DNA of 64,000 bases, from assembly GCA_964344235.1 (NCBI GenBank), contig CAYFMJ010000001.1, forward strand, positions 88,664-152,663, in the 5' to 3' direction. This document shows, piece after piece, positions 26,889-35,291 of this stretch. The DNA is from an uncultured Methanosarcinales archaeon (GTDB lineage: Archaea > Nanobdellota > Nanobdellia > Woesearchaeales > GW2011-AR9). The translations under genes were made by a program, and so were the position numbers. The notes under the pieces are model-generated. The model was not told where the DNA came from, made no database searches, and saw nothing but the letters and a program-made list of their open reading frames with translations. The first letter of the stretch is position 1. Each line of letters starts with the position of its first letter.

Positions 26889-27958
26889 CGTGTGACGTTA
26901 AAAGATTGGACTTTCTTCAAGAGTTGTGCAGCTTTTTTGTTTTTCTTAAAATGTTGACGTGTCGGTTCAAGTAGCTGGTTGATAGCAGCTGCAACGCCTG
27001 TTTTAAGGTCGATTGATTTCAATGTTCCTTTCTTGAAAGCGGTTTCTAATTCTTCGTACGATTTGAATGAGAGGTTACCACCGTATTTTTCAGGACGTTC
27101 TATGTTTAGTGTCGGTAGTTTCTCAAAGACAATGTGTTTTGCGTATTCTAATACAGGATTGTCTTCAACAACACCGTCAATGCTATGTGCTTTCTTGAAT
27201 TTTCTTCTGACATCGTCTTCGGAATCGGTCATGAAGATAGCTGTGTTTGGTTTGGATTTACTCATTTTCATAGCGATCTTTCTGTCTGCACCTTGCAAAT
27301 TAGTTTGAGAGAATTGTAATCCTAACAACATATGGTGGTGTAAAGCAATTGGTTTTTTATGGCCGAGTTTAGGGAAAATATCACGAGCAAGCATGTTTAC
27401 TTTTCTTTGGTCTAGTCCTAATTGAGCGATGTCTGCTTTCAGATGAATAATATCGGCTGCTTGCATGAGCGGGTAGAGTATCTGTGCAGAAGGATTGGAA
27501 GCGGATTCTTCCCGTCCCATAATTTGGCCGCATCGTAGAACGCGTTGTACAGTTGCTGATGTTGATAGTTGTAAAACTGTCTGCCAGTAGCCCGGTTCTT
27601 TGACTAAATCAGACGCCCAGATGAATTCAACGTTCTTTGTGTCTAACCCACAGGATTTCCAGACTTCGATAAAGTATTCACCAACGGTTTGGATCTTTTT
27701 GATGTCTCCACCCATTTTATTGTTGATCATGGCATGCCAGTCCGCTACGAGCATTTTGAATTTGATGCCAGTACTAGTTAGCTTGTTAACGGTAATTGCT
27801 CGGAGAAGCCCCTGCGCGATGTGAATCTGACCAGACGGTTCGAAGCCGTCGTAAGCAATGGGAGTTTTTTTTGATTTGAGAAGTGATTCAAGCTCTGCTT
27901 CGGTGATGATTTCTTCCCCAACTTGTTTGATGAGGGAGAGTTTTTCTGTAGAGTTCAT
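26885..27958 (-). CDS. tyrS: Tyrosyl-tRNA synthetase (archaeal type)
   Basis: Class I motifs: a HIGH-like AYDGFEPSGQIHIAQG, and KMSKS. Confidence 0.8.
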   Translation of the reverse strand: MNSTEKLSLIKQVGEEIITEAELESLLKSKKTPIAYDGFEPSGQIHIAQGLLRAITVNKLTSTGIKFKMLVADWHAMINNKMGGDIKKIQTVGEYFIEVWKSCGLDTKNVEFIWASDLVKEPGYWQTVLQLSTSATVQRVLRCGQIMGREESASNPSAQILYPLMQAADIIHLKADIAQLGLDQRKVNMLARDIFPKLGHKKPIALHHHMLLGLQFSQTNLQGADRKIAMKMSKSKPNTAIFMTDSEDDVRRKFKKAHSIDGVVEDNPVLEYAKHIVFEKLPTLNIERPEKYGGNLSFKSYEELETAFKKGTLKSIDLKTGVAAAINQLLEPTRQHFKKNKKAAQLLKKVQSFNVTR

Positions 27959-28014
27959 GACTTATAGGAAAGAAGATGTGTTTAAAAAATTAATTGAAAA
28001 AAAGAAAAGAAAAT

Positions 28015-28815
28015 TTAGCCATTAATACAGAATTGCGCTGCTTTTATCCCACCAGCATAAGCCTGATAGATTATGTTGGATAACGTAAGCGAACTTCCAT
28101 CAGCGAGGTTGACTGTTTCGCCCTCCATAACACTGACTTCCTCCCCGTTAATAACCAAATCAACAGACTTTATACCACCAGCATATGCTTGGTACAGTAA
28201 ATCGTCAAACACAACTTCGTAACTTTTTGAACCTGTTGTATAGGTATCTGATTCGCCTAGTTGAAGAGTTTCATCAATATCACATGGTCCCACGCAGTCA
28301 TACTCTATATCAAAATCGTTTTGAGTTGGATCTGACGCACTAGCGAAAGGGTAACTAACTCCTTCAATCTTAAGTGTAAAGTCAACTTCGCCACTTGGGT
28401 CAACAGAATACTCGTATGTTTCGCCGTTTTTGTAGTTTTTGAATTTTATTTTTGGAGATGTTGCAGTTTGCTTGTCGGCACCTTTGTATTCGAAAGGTGT
28501 GCCCCCCAACATGAATGTATCCTTCTTTTCAAAAACGTCTCCACATTCTGCTTCAAATGCTTTCTGAGCAGCTGAGACATCGTCTTTTAACTCTTTAATT
28601 ATGTCTACTGCCTTAGAAACCCTTTCGTAACAAGCACTTAAGCCATAACTTGCTTCACCTACCAGAGCAGAGTCTTCTTCTACTCCTTCACCAACAAGTT
28701 CATCAAAATCCTCACCTACCGCTTGTTCAGAAGCAGTTTCTTGAGCACAACCAACAATTAGGACTAGACCAATCAATAAAATGCTAAAAATTAATATTTT
28801 CTTCATTGTAAACAC
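28015..28815 (-). CDS. Secreted lipoprotein with an internal tandem repeat (YQAYAGGIK...)
   Basis: Lipobox IVGCAQ. An acidic linker. A duplicated about 25-aa C-terminal module. Confidence 0.4.
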   Translation of the reverse strand: MFTMKKILIFSILLIGLVLIVGCAQETASEQAVGEDFDELVGEGVEEDSALVGEASYGLSACYERVSKAVDIIKELKDDVSAAQKAFEAECGDVFEKKDTFMLGGTPFEYKGADKQTATSPKIKFKNYKNGETYEYSVDPSGEVDFTLKIEGVSYPFASASDPTQNDFDIEYDCVGPCDIDETLQLGESDTYTTGSKSYEVVFDDLLYQAYAGGIKSVDLVINGEEVSVMEGETVNLADGSSLTLSNIIYQAYAGGIKAAQFCING

Positions 28816-28913
28816 CTCATTTTAATTTTCTCTTGAAGGAAAAAGGACTATATAAAGTTAATTATAACAAAAAATTAGCAAAATATAAAAAATAGGGTTA
28901 TTCTGAAGAGGGT

Positions 28914-29540
28914 ATGAAAGTTATCCTATTCGATTTTTGGGGAACCTTGGTACAAAACGGCGTATGGAGTCCGATTAAACAAGTTAAAAATATCTTGCAA
29001 ATAGATTTACCTTTCTCTGACTATGTTGTGAGAATGGAAAGAGCGATGATGACTAAACCGTTTGCGTCATTACGAGAAGCATTTGAGGCTGTGTGTGAAG
29101 AATTTGAGATCAACGCGCCGGAAGACGTAATGGAAGAACTTATTGGGATGTGGAATAAGAGTTGGATGTTAGCGAAGCCATTTTATGAAACAGTTGAGGT
29201 TCTGCAGGCATTGAAGGAAAAGTATACGGTTGTATTAGTATCAAATACAGATTGTATTTCTGTGAAACGAGTGTTAGAGAAATTTGAGTTAGAACAGCAT
29301 TTTCACCAGATGTTTTTATCATGTGAGGTAGGGATGATTAAGACAGATGAAGCATTCTTGGAGCATGTGTTGAAAGAAATTGGTGTAGAGAAGGAAGATT
29401 GTTTATTGGTAGGAGATAGTTTACAGAGTGATGTAAAAGCGGCGGAGAATGCAGGTATCAAAGCAATGCTGGTTGATCGTAGGGGTACGAGAGAGTACTC
29501 ACAAAAGATTAAAAGCTTGTGGGAGTTACTTACGCTATGA
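28914..29540 (+). CDS. HAD-superfamily hydrolase
   Basis: Motif I LFDFWGTLV (DxDGT-like). Motif III/IV region VGDSLQSD. Confidence 0.6.
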   Translation: MKVILFDFWGTLVQNGVWSPIKQVKNILQIDLPFSDYVVRMERAMMTKPFASLREAFEAVCEEFEINAPEDVMEELIGMWNKSWMLAKPFYETVEVLQALKEKYTVVLVSNTDCISVKRVLEKFELEQHFHQMFLSCEVGMIKTDEAFLEHVLKEIGVEKEDCLLVGDSLQSDVKAAENAGIKAMLVDRRGTREYSQKIKSLWELLTL

Positions 29541-30427
29541 TTGACGTTTTATTTTTAGGAACCGGCTGTATGCAGCCTACGAAAACGAGGAACCATGCCG
29601 GGGTTTTATTGCAGTATAAGAAAGAGCAGATTCTATTCGATTGTGGAGAAGCTATTCAAAGACAGATGCGCCATGCAGGCGTGAAACCGGCGAAAACTAC
29701 GAGATTATGTATTAGTCATTGGCATGGAGACCACGTATTTGGTATTCCGGGATTGTTAAGTTCAATGGGGGCCGATCAGTTTGCAAGCAAGTTGGAGATT
29801 TATGGGCCGAAAGGAACGAAAGCGTATATGAATCACATCTTAAAGTGGTTTGCGGCGAAGGATATTATTCCATTTACAGTGCATGAAGTCTCGAAAGGGA
29901 TTATTTTTGAGGGCGATGATTTTTATGTAGAAGTGGAACCGTTGAAACATTCCGTGCCGTGTATTGGGTTTCGGTTTGTAGAGAAAGATAGGCGGAGAAT
30001 TAACGTTAGTAAGGCGAAGAAGTTAGGTTTAGCAGGCCCGGTGTTAGGGAAGTTGCAGAAAGGTAAGAATGTTGTTGTTGATGGTAAGAAAATTCTTGCA
30101 GATGATGTGACATATGTTGTAGAAGGGAAGAGTGTGAGTTATGTTACTGATACGATGGAGTGTAATGGTGCTGATAAGTTGGCCAGAGGAACAGATGTGT
30201 TGATTTTAGAGGGAACGTTGTTAGATAATTTACGGAAAAATGCAATTAAGTCGAAGCATCTTACGGTGAAACAAGCAGCGTTAATTGCTTCCAGAAATGA
30301 AGCGAAGAAGTTAGTGATAACACATATTAGCCAGCGGTATAAGAGTTCTGCAGATATTGTCAGTGAAGCGAGAGATCATTTTGATAACACTATTGTAGCG
30401 GAAGATTTTATGAGGTTGAAGGTTTAG
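29519..30427 (+). CDS. rnz: Ribonuclease Z (tRNA 3' endonuclease)
   Basis: MBL motif ISHWHGDH. The N-terminus FLGTG... matches the short-form RNase Z. 302 aa. Confidence 0.8.
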   Translation: MGVTYAMIDVLFLGTGCMQPTKTRNHAGVLLQYKKEQILFDCGEAIQRQMRHAGVKPAKTTRLCISHWHGDHVFGIPGLLSSMGADQFASKLEIYGPKGTKAYMNHILKWFAAKDIIPFTVHEVSKGIIFEGDDFYVEVEPLKHSVPCIGFRFVEKDRRRINVSKAKKLGLAGPVLGKLQKGKNVVVDGKKILADDVTYVVEGKSVSYVTDTMECNGADKLARGTDVLILEGTLLDNLRKNAIKSKHLTVKQAALIASRNEAKKLVITHISQRYKSSADIVSEARDHFDNTIVAEDFMRLKV

Positions 30428-30428
30428 T

Positions 30429-30842
30429 TTGAAATCGGCAAAGGCTAAAGGTAGCAGGGCAGAGAGAGAGTTAGTAGCATTCTTTAATGAACATGGTTGG
30501 AGCTGTCTCAGAGCTGCAGGAAGCGGTAGTAGTAAATATCCGGCCCCAGATATTCTTGCAGGAAATGCGATTAGAAGAGTAGCGATTGAGTGTAAAGTGA
30601 CGAAGGATGAGAAAAAGTATATTCCGAATGCTGAGATTGAGCAGTTGAATACGTTTGCCAAGAATTTTGGAGCAGAAGCGTGGATTGGTGTGAAATTAGG
30701 GAGCAATGAGTGGTTTTTTCTGATGCCAGAGGATGCAGAAAAAACAGCAGGGTCACACGTTATTTCGCTGAAAATTGCCCGTTTGAGAGGCCTACGTAAA
30801 GAAGAATTACTTGGAAATAGTAGCAATGACCGAAACATTTAA
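30429..30842 (+). CDS. hjc: Holliday junction resolvase Hjc
   Basis: KGSRAERELVAFFNEHGW...RAAGSG...DILAGN...IECK, an Hjc-type nuclease fold with E/D/K catalytic residues. 137 aa. Confidence 0.8.
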   Translation: MKSAKAKGSRAERELVAFFNEHGWSCLRAAGSGSSKYPAPDILAGNAIRRVAIECKVTKDEKKYIPNAEIEQLNTFAKNFGAEAWIGVKLGSNEWFFLMPEDAEKTAGSHVISLKIARLRGLRKEELLGNSSNDRNI

Positions 30843-30866
30843 AAGGGCAAATATACGGGTAAGGGT

Positions 30867-31676
30867 ATGCGCCTTACTCAGAAAAAAACTATTGAAATTC
30901 TTGTAGATATTATTGGTGAAGCAGGGACTAACCTGATTGAGGAGTTAATTGGAAAAGAGAATGTTTCTGAGTTTGATTTGGCAAAGAGAACCAAAAAAGA
31001 CATCAAAGTGGTTCGAAAGATGTTATACATGTTGTATAACCATAACCTTGTTGGTTTTACGAGAAAGAAGGATAAGCAGAAAGGTTGGTATATCTATTAT
31101 TGGACACTTCTACCAGAAAGTATCAAGTTTAGTTATTTCAAAACGAAGAGGGATTTGTTAGAGCGATTAAAAGCGCAGCTTGATGCGGAGCAGGAAGAAT
31201 TATTTTTCGTTTGTCCAAATGATTGTGTGAGGTTAACGTTTGATCAGGGAATGGATTTTGAGTTTCACTGCCCGGAGTGTGGGGAGTTGATTCACCAAGA
31301 TGATGGTGAGAAGCGAAAAGCAGATCTGCAGAAGAAGATTGCTAAGTTAGAAGAAGAAGTGAAAACGTTATTAGAACACCGGAAAGCTCGAAGGAAGAGA
31401 ATTAAGGAGAAGAAGGAAGTTGTAAAAGCGAAGAGTAAAGTTGCAACGAGGAAAAAGGCTGTGAAGAAACCAGCGAAAAAGAAAGTTGTTAAGAAAGCTG
31501 CAACGAAGAAGAAGAGTTCTGCAAAGAAAAAAGAAGTAAAAAAGGTGACGAAGAAAAAAACGGCAGTGAAAAAGAAGGCTGCGGTGAAGAAAAAAGTAGT
31601 TGCGTCTCGAAAGAAAGCTGCGAAAAAACCAGCGAAAAAAGTTGCTAAAAAGAAAGCGACAAAAAAGAAAAAATAG
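30867..31676 (+). CDS. tfe: Transcription factor E (TFIIE-alpha homologue) with a long Lys/Ala-rich C-terminal tail
   Basis: N-terminal winged helix. Zn ribbon FVCPNDCVRLTFDQGMDFEFHCPECGEL. Then about 100 aa of KKPAKKKVVKK repeats. Confidence 0.7.
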   Translation: MRLTQKKTIEILVDIIGEAGTNLIEELIGKENVSEFDLAKRTKKDIKVVRKMLYMLYNHNLVGFTRKKDKQKGWYIYYWTLLPESIKFSYFKTKRDLLERLKAQLDAEQEELFFVCPNDCVRLTFDQGMDFEFHCPECGELIHQDDGEKRKADLQKKIAKLEEEVKTLLEHRKARRKRIKEKKEVVKAKSKVATRKKAVKKPAKKKVVKKAATKKKSSAKKKEVKKVTKKKTAVKKKAAVKKKVVASRKKAAKKPAKKVAKKKATKKKK

Positions 31677-31711
31677 AGCTGGAAAGTTTATATAATTCTA
31701 CATCTCTGGGA

Positions 31712-34213
31712 TTGATTATGGCAGTTTCAGTGCAAAATTGCTCCCGAACCATGTTGTTCTTAGTGTTTGGAATTTTACTAGCTACTGTTGCGTCTGCAAG
31801 TCCAAGTGTGCAGATTAATGAGTTAATGGCGATTAATGATAATTTTGATGTTGAGGATAATGGAAAGTCTCCAGATTGGTTTGAATTGTATAATTATGGT
31901 GAAGATAGTGTTGATTTAAAGGAATTTTATGTAAGTGATACTAAAAATAATATGATAAAGTTTCAAATTCAAGAAGAAGTTATTATTCCCCCGAAGGGAT
32001 ATCATGTTCTTGTAGCCGATGGGAAAAAAGGATACAACCATGTGGGGTTTAAATTAGGTGGGGATGGAGAGGAGTTATTACTTACTGCACCAGACGGAGA
32101 GACAATTATTGATTCTGTTGATTTTCCAAAGCAAGTTGCAGATGTTTCATATGGTAGAAGTATGGATGGGGGGATTTGGGGTTTTCTGGAGGAAGCAACG
32201 CCGGGAGAAGGAAATAGCGCTGTGTTGAAACTGAGCGAGTCGGATGAACCTTTCTTGAGTCACAAAGCTGGATTTTACGATGAAGCTATTGAATTAAAAG
32301 TTAGCTCTGTTGGAAACGTTTATTATACAACTGATGGGACCACGCCAAAGCAAAAAGAGGAGGACTTATACACTGAACCAATTGTGATTGACGAAACCAC
32401 AACGATTAGGATTATGGTGGTGGAAGAGGGGAGCCTTCCATCTAAAGTGGTGACAAGAACCTATTTCATTAATGAAGAATTTACACTCCCGGTTGTATCA
32501 TTTGTTTCCAACCCAGACAATTTCTTTAATGAGAATGACGGCTTGTTTAAACAATGGAGTGAGGAAGAAGCTGAAACTGTTGAGCCAGAGGAACATGCAC
32601 TTCATATGGAATATTTTGATGACGCATCGTTAGAATTCAAAATGACTGTTGATGCAAAGACCCATGGGTTTCATTCAAAGATTGATCCTGGCCCAATACC
32701 AAGAGCGTTTAGAATTTATGCAAGGGAAAAATATGGGCAGGACCGCATAGAGTATCCTTTGTTTGGAGAAGCATCCCTGCCAAGTTATAAACGAGTAGTC
32801 TTTCGGCCAGCGAGCGAGGATAAAATTTCAAACAGTGGAACACATTTTAGAGACCCGCTAGTGCATTCGATTGCTGAAAACATGGCTGTTGACACACAGG
32901 CGTATTCTCCAGTTATTGTGTTTATTAATGGCGAATATTGGGGGATCTATAACATAAGAGAGAGGTTGGATAAATATTACGTTTCTGATCATTATGGTGT
33001 TGAGCCAGAGGAAGTTAAGATAGCAGAAGGACAAGCCCCCCTTATGGGTCCAACAGAGGTGAATCCAACAGAAGAGGATTATGAAAAATGGATTAAAGAA
33101 AAGAAAAATCAAGCTGCAGTGGAGTATGGTTCCTTGTTTCTTGAAATTACAAACATGAAGTCCGATTCTCCAGAATTTGTCACGTTTGTGGAATCTTCTT
33201 TGGATGTGGATAGTCTTTTTGATTGGCATGCTTTACAGTTGTATAGCCATAACAATGATTGGGTGCACAACAGCAAGCGGTGGAAGGCCAGTGGGTTGTG
33301 GAAGTTTATGGTTTTTGACACGGATTCCAGTTTCGGTTTGCATTCAATCGGAATTGACAAAAATAATTTAGATCATTTCTTTAAAACGCCCAAGGAAGGT
33401 AATTACTATACTTCTATCTTTCCAACAATTATGAAGAATGACGCATTGCGAGAGAGGTTTTTGGTGCGGTTTGCTGATTTATTGAATAGTGATTTTAGAG
33501 AGGAAACCGTAGATAAAAAAATAGATTTCTTTGTTGAGTTGCTTGAGCCGGAAGTTGGCAAACATATTGCAAAATGGATTCCGGAAGATTCAGGCAATTG
33601 GCTTTGGACAAATAGTGTTGAAGAGCTGAGGCAATATGTTGACGGGCGGACCGAAGAGTTGTATGGATTTTTTGATGAATATTTTGAGGAGATTGATGGT
33701 ACGCACCCCGTTTCGGTGGGTGTTGAGTGTGGTGGGGAAGTACATGTTAATTCGATAATTGTTCAGGACGGGTTTGAAGGAGACGTTTTTAATATTTTGC
33801 AGTTTACGCCAAAGAACTTTGAAACGGAAGATTTTACCTCCATCAAAATACAGTCGAAGATCGATAAGCTGTGGTTGCAAGAGAAAGGATTAGTGAAGGA
33901 CGATGTTTCTATGTTCCGACATATTACGGAATGGGTTGAATTACCAACAACGATTTTGGAAGAAGATGGTTCTTTTGTATACTATGAATCGCAGACACCG
34001 GGCTTTAGTTATTTTATTATTGGGTCTAAGGAAAGGGTGGAGAGTCTAGAGGGGGAGGAAGAAGAGGCTACAGCAGATGAAGAAAGGGTGGAAGAAGATG
34101 TAGTTAATGTTGTGAAAAAAGCTTATGTGTATGAACCATGGCAGGGTTTAGTTGCTTTCGTTATACTGATCACAATTGTGTTCTTAGTAGCATACAACAA
34201 AAGAAGAAAGTGA
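31712..34213 (+). CDS. Secreted lamin-tail-domain (LTD) plus CotH-family protein with a C-terminal TM anchor
   Basis: Signal peptide. LTD signature INELMAINDN...DWFELYN. CotH-like core HFRDP...FINGEYWGIYNIRERLDKYY. Acidic stalk. C-terminal TM plus KRRK. Confidence 0.65.
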   Translation: MIMAVSVQNCSRTMLFLVFGILLATVASASPSVQINELMAINDNFDVEDNGKSPDWFELYNYGEDSVDLKEFYVSDTKNNMIKFQIQEEVIIPPKGYHVLVADGKKGYNHVGFKLGGDGEELLLTAPDGETIIDSVDFPKQVADVSYGRSMDGGIWGFLEEATPGEGNSAVLKLSESDEPFLSHKAGFYDEAIELKVSSVGNVYYTTDGTTPKQKEEDLYTEPIVIDETTTIRIMVVEEGSLPSKVVTRTYFINEEFTLPVVSFVSNPDNFFNENDGLFKQWSEEEAETVEPEEHALHMEYFDDASLEFKMTVDAKTHGFHSKIDPGPIPRAFRIYAREKYGQDRIEYPLFGEASLPSYKRVVFRPASEDKISNSGTHFRDPLVHSIAENMAVDTQAYSPVIVFINGEYWGIYNIRERLDKYYVSDHYGVEPEEVKIAEGQAPLMGPTEVNPTEEDYEKWIKEKKNQAAVEYGSLFLEITNMKSDSPEFVTFVESSLDVDSLFDWHALQLYSHNNDWVHNSKRWKASGLWKFMVFDTDSSFGLHSIGIDKNNLDHFFKTPKEGNYYTSIFPTIMKNDALRERFLVRFADLLNSDFREETVDKKIDFFVELLEPEVGKHIAKWIPEDSGNWLWTNSVEELRQYVDGRTEELYGFFDEYFEEIDGTHPVSVGVECGGEVHVNSIIVQDGFEGDVFNILQFTPKNFETEDFTSIKIQSKIDKLWLQEKGLVKDDVSMFRHITEWVELPTTILEEDGSFVYYESQTPGFSYFIIGSKERVESLEGEEEEATADEERVEEDVVNVVKKAYVYEPWQGLVAFVILITIVFLVAYNKRRK

Positions 34214-34233
34214 CAAAGAAAAATAAATAAAAT

Positions 34234-34473
34234 TTAACGGCGACGCCGTCGTGTTGTTTTTTTAGTGGTTCTTGAAGAACTTCGTTTTTTCCCTAACATT
34301 CTCTCGATTGCTTTCTCTTCTTTCAACACTTGGTTCGTCATTTTTTGAATGTTTAGTTCCATGCTTGCAACACGTCGCTCTAAGAGAATTAATACTCGTA
34401 GTGAATAAACGATTGCGGCAAGTGTACCGATGATTACAGCAAGAATGACTTCAGCTAATTCTAACCCTGGCAT
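34234..34473 (-). CDS. Small membrane protein with a type-IV-pilin-like N-terminus and a basic C-terminal tail
   Basis: MPG|LELAEVILAVIIGTLAAIV resembles a class III signal peptide with Glu at +5. The C-terminus is KKRSSSRTTKKTTRRRRR. Confidence 0.3.
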   Translation of the reverse strand: MPGLELAEVILAVIIGTLAAIVYSLRVLILLERRVASMELNIQKMTNQVLKEEKAIERMLGKKRSSSRTTKKTTRRRRR

Positions 34474-34582
34474 TGTATGACACCTCTTTTAATGATGAGT
34501 TGAATGAGTGTTCTGTAGTATATAAACGTTGCGGAAAAATTGAGAGTAAACATTTATAAAATGCGTCAGAAAAAGAGGAAGT

Positions 34583-34990
34583 ATGGATGCATACGAAGCG
34601 TTGTTGAAGAAAGCAGAAGAAGAGTTGCCAGAGACAGTTCATGGTTCAGAGCGATTTACTATTGAGAAAGTTCGAGGGCATATTGAAGGAAACAAAACGG
34701 TTCTTGTTAATTTGAAAAAAATTGCAAAAGATTTAGGGAGAGATGAGAACCACTTGTTGAAATATCTATTGAGGGAGTTAGCAACACCGGGAAAATATGT
34801 TCGAGGGAGAACTATTTTCGGAACAAAAGTTGCGGCATTAAAGATTAATAAGAAAATTAAGAAATATGCAAGTGAGTTTGTGTTCTGCTCAGAGTGTAGC
34901 AAGCCTGACACTTCATTAACTGAGGAAAAAGGAGTAATTTATCTGAAGTGTCAGGCCTGTGGGGCGAAGAAGCCAGTAAAAAACATTTAA
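34583..34990 (+). CDS. eif2b: Translation initiation factor aIF2 beta subunit
   Basis: C-terminal zinc ribbon CSECSKPDT...CQACGAKKPV, with length and order typical of aIF2-beta. Confidence 0.8.
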   Translation: MDAYEALLKKAEEELPETVHGSERFTIEKVRGHIEGNKTVLVNLKKIAKDLGRDENHLLKYLLRELATPGKYVRGRTIFGTKVAALKINKKIKKYASEFVFCSECSKPDTSLTEEKGVIYLKCQACGAKKPVKNI

Positions 34991-34991
34991 G

Positions 34992-35291
34992 ATGGTGTTA
35001 ATTGTTGCTGAAAAAAAAGGACCACATGGTGTGTTGTTAGTTGTTACGGATAAAGATATTTTAGGGAAGATTTTTTCTGAAGGCAATGTGCAATTGGATT
35101 TAACGAAGCAGTTTTATGAAGGAAAAGAGAGAAGTGCTGAAGAGATTGCGCAACTATTTGGGAAAGCACGTGATATTCACTTTACTGGCAAAGAGGCCGT
35201 AGCGTTAGGTGTAGAGAAAGATTTAATTGATTCTGATAGGATATTGTATGTAGAAGGCGTCCCACATGCTGAAGTGGCTATTGGTGATTAA
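34992..35291 (+). CDS. Small conserved hypothetical protein (DUF424-like), translationally coupled to aIF2-beta
   Basis: Starts 2 nt after the aIF2-beta stop. 99 aa. No motif identified. Confidence 0.35.
   Translation: MVLIVAEKKGPHGVLLVVTDKDILGKIFSEGNVQLDLTKQFYEGKERSAEEIAQLFGKARDIHFTGKEAVALGVEKDLIDSDRILYVEGVPHAEVAIGD

Noticed and set aside
31380-31676. Repeated aagaaagctgcgaaaaaaccagcgaaaaa-like DNA repeats
   Set aside because: They are in frame inside the tfe ORF and encode the KKPAKK low-complexity tail. They are not a CRISPR or a mobile element.
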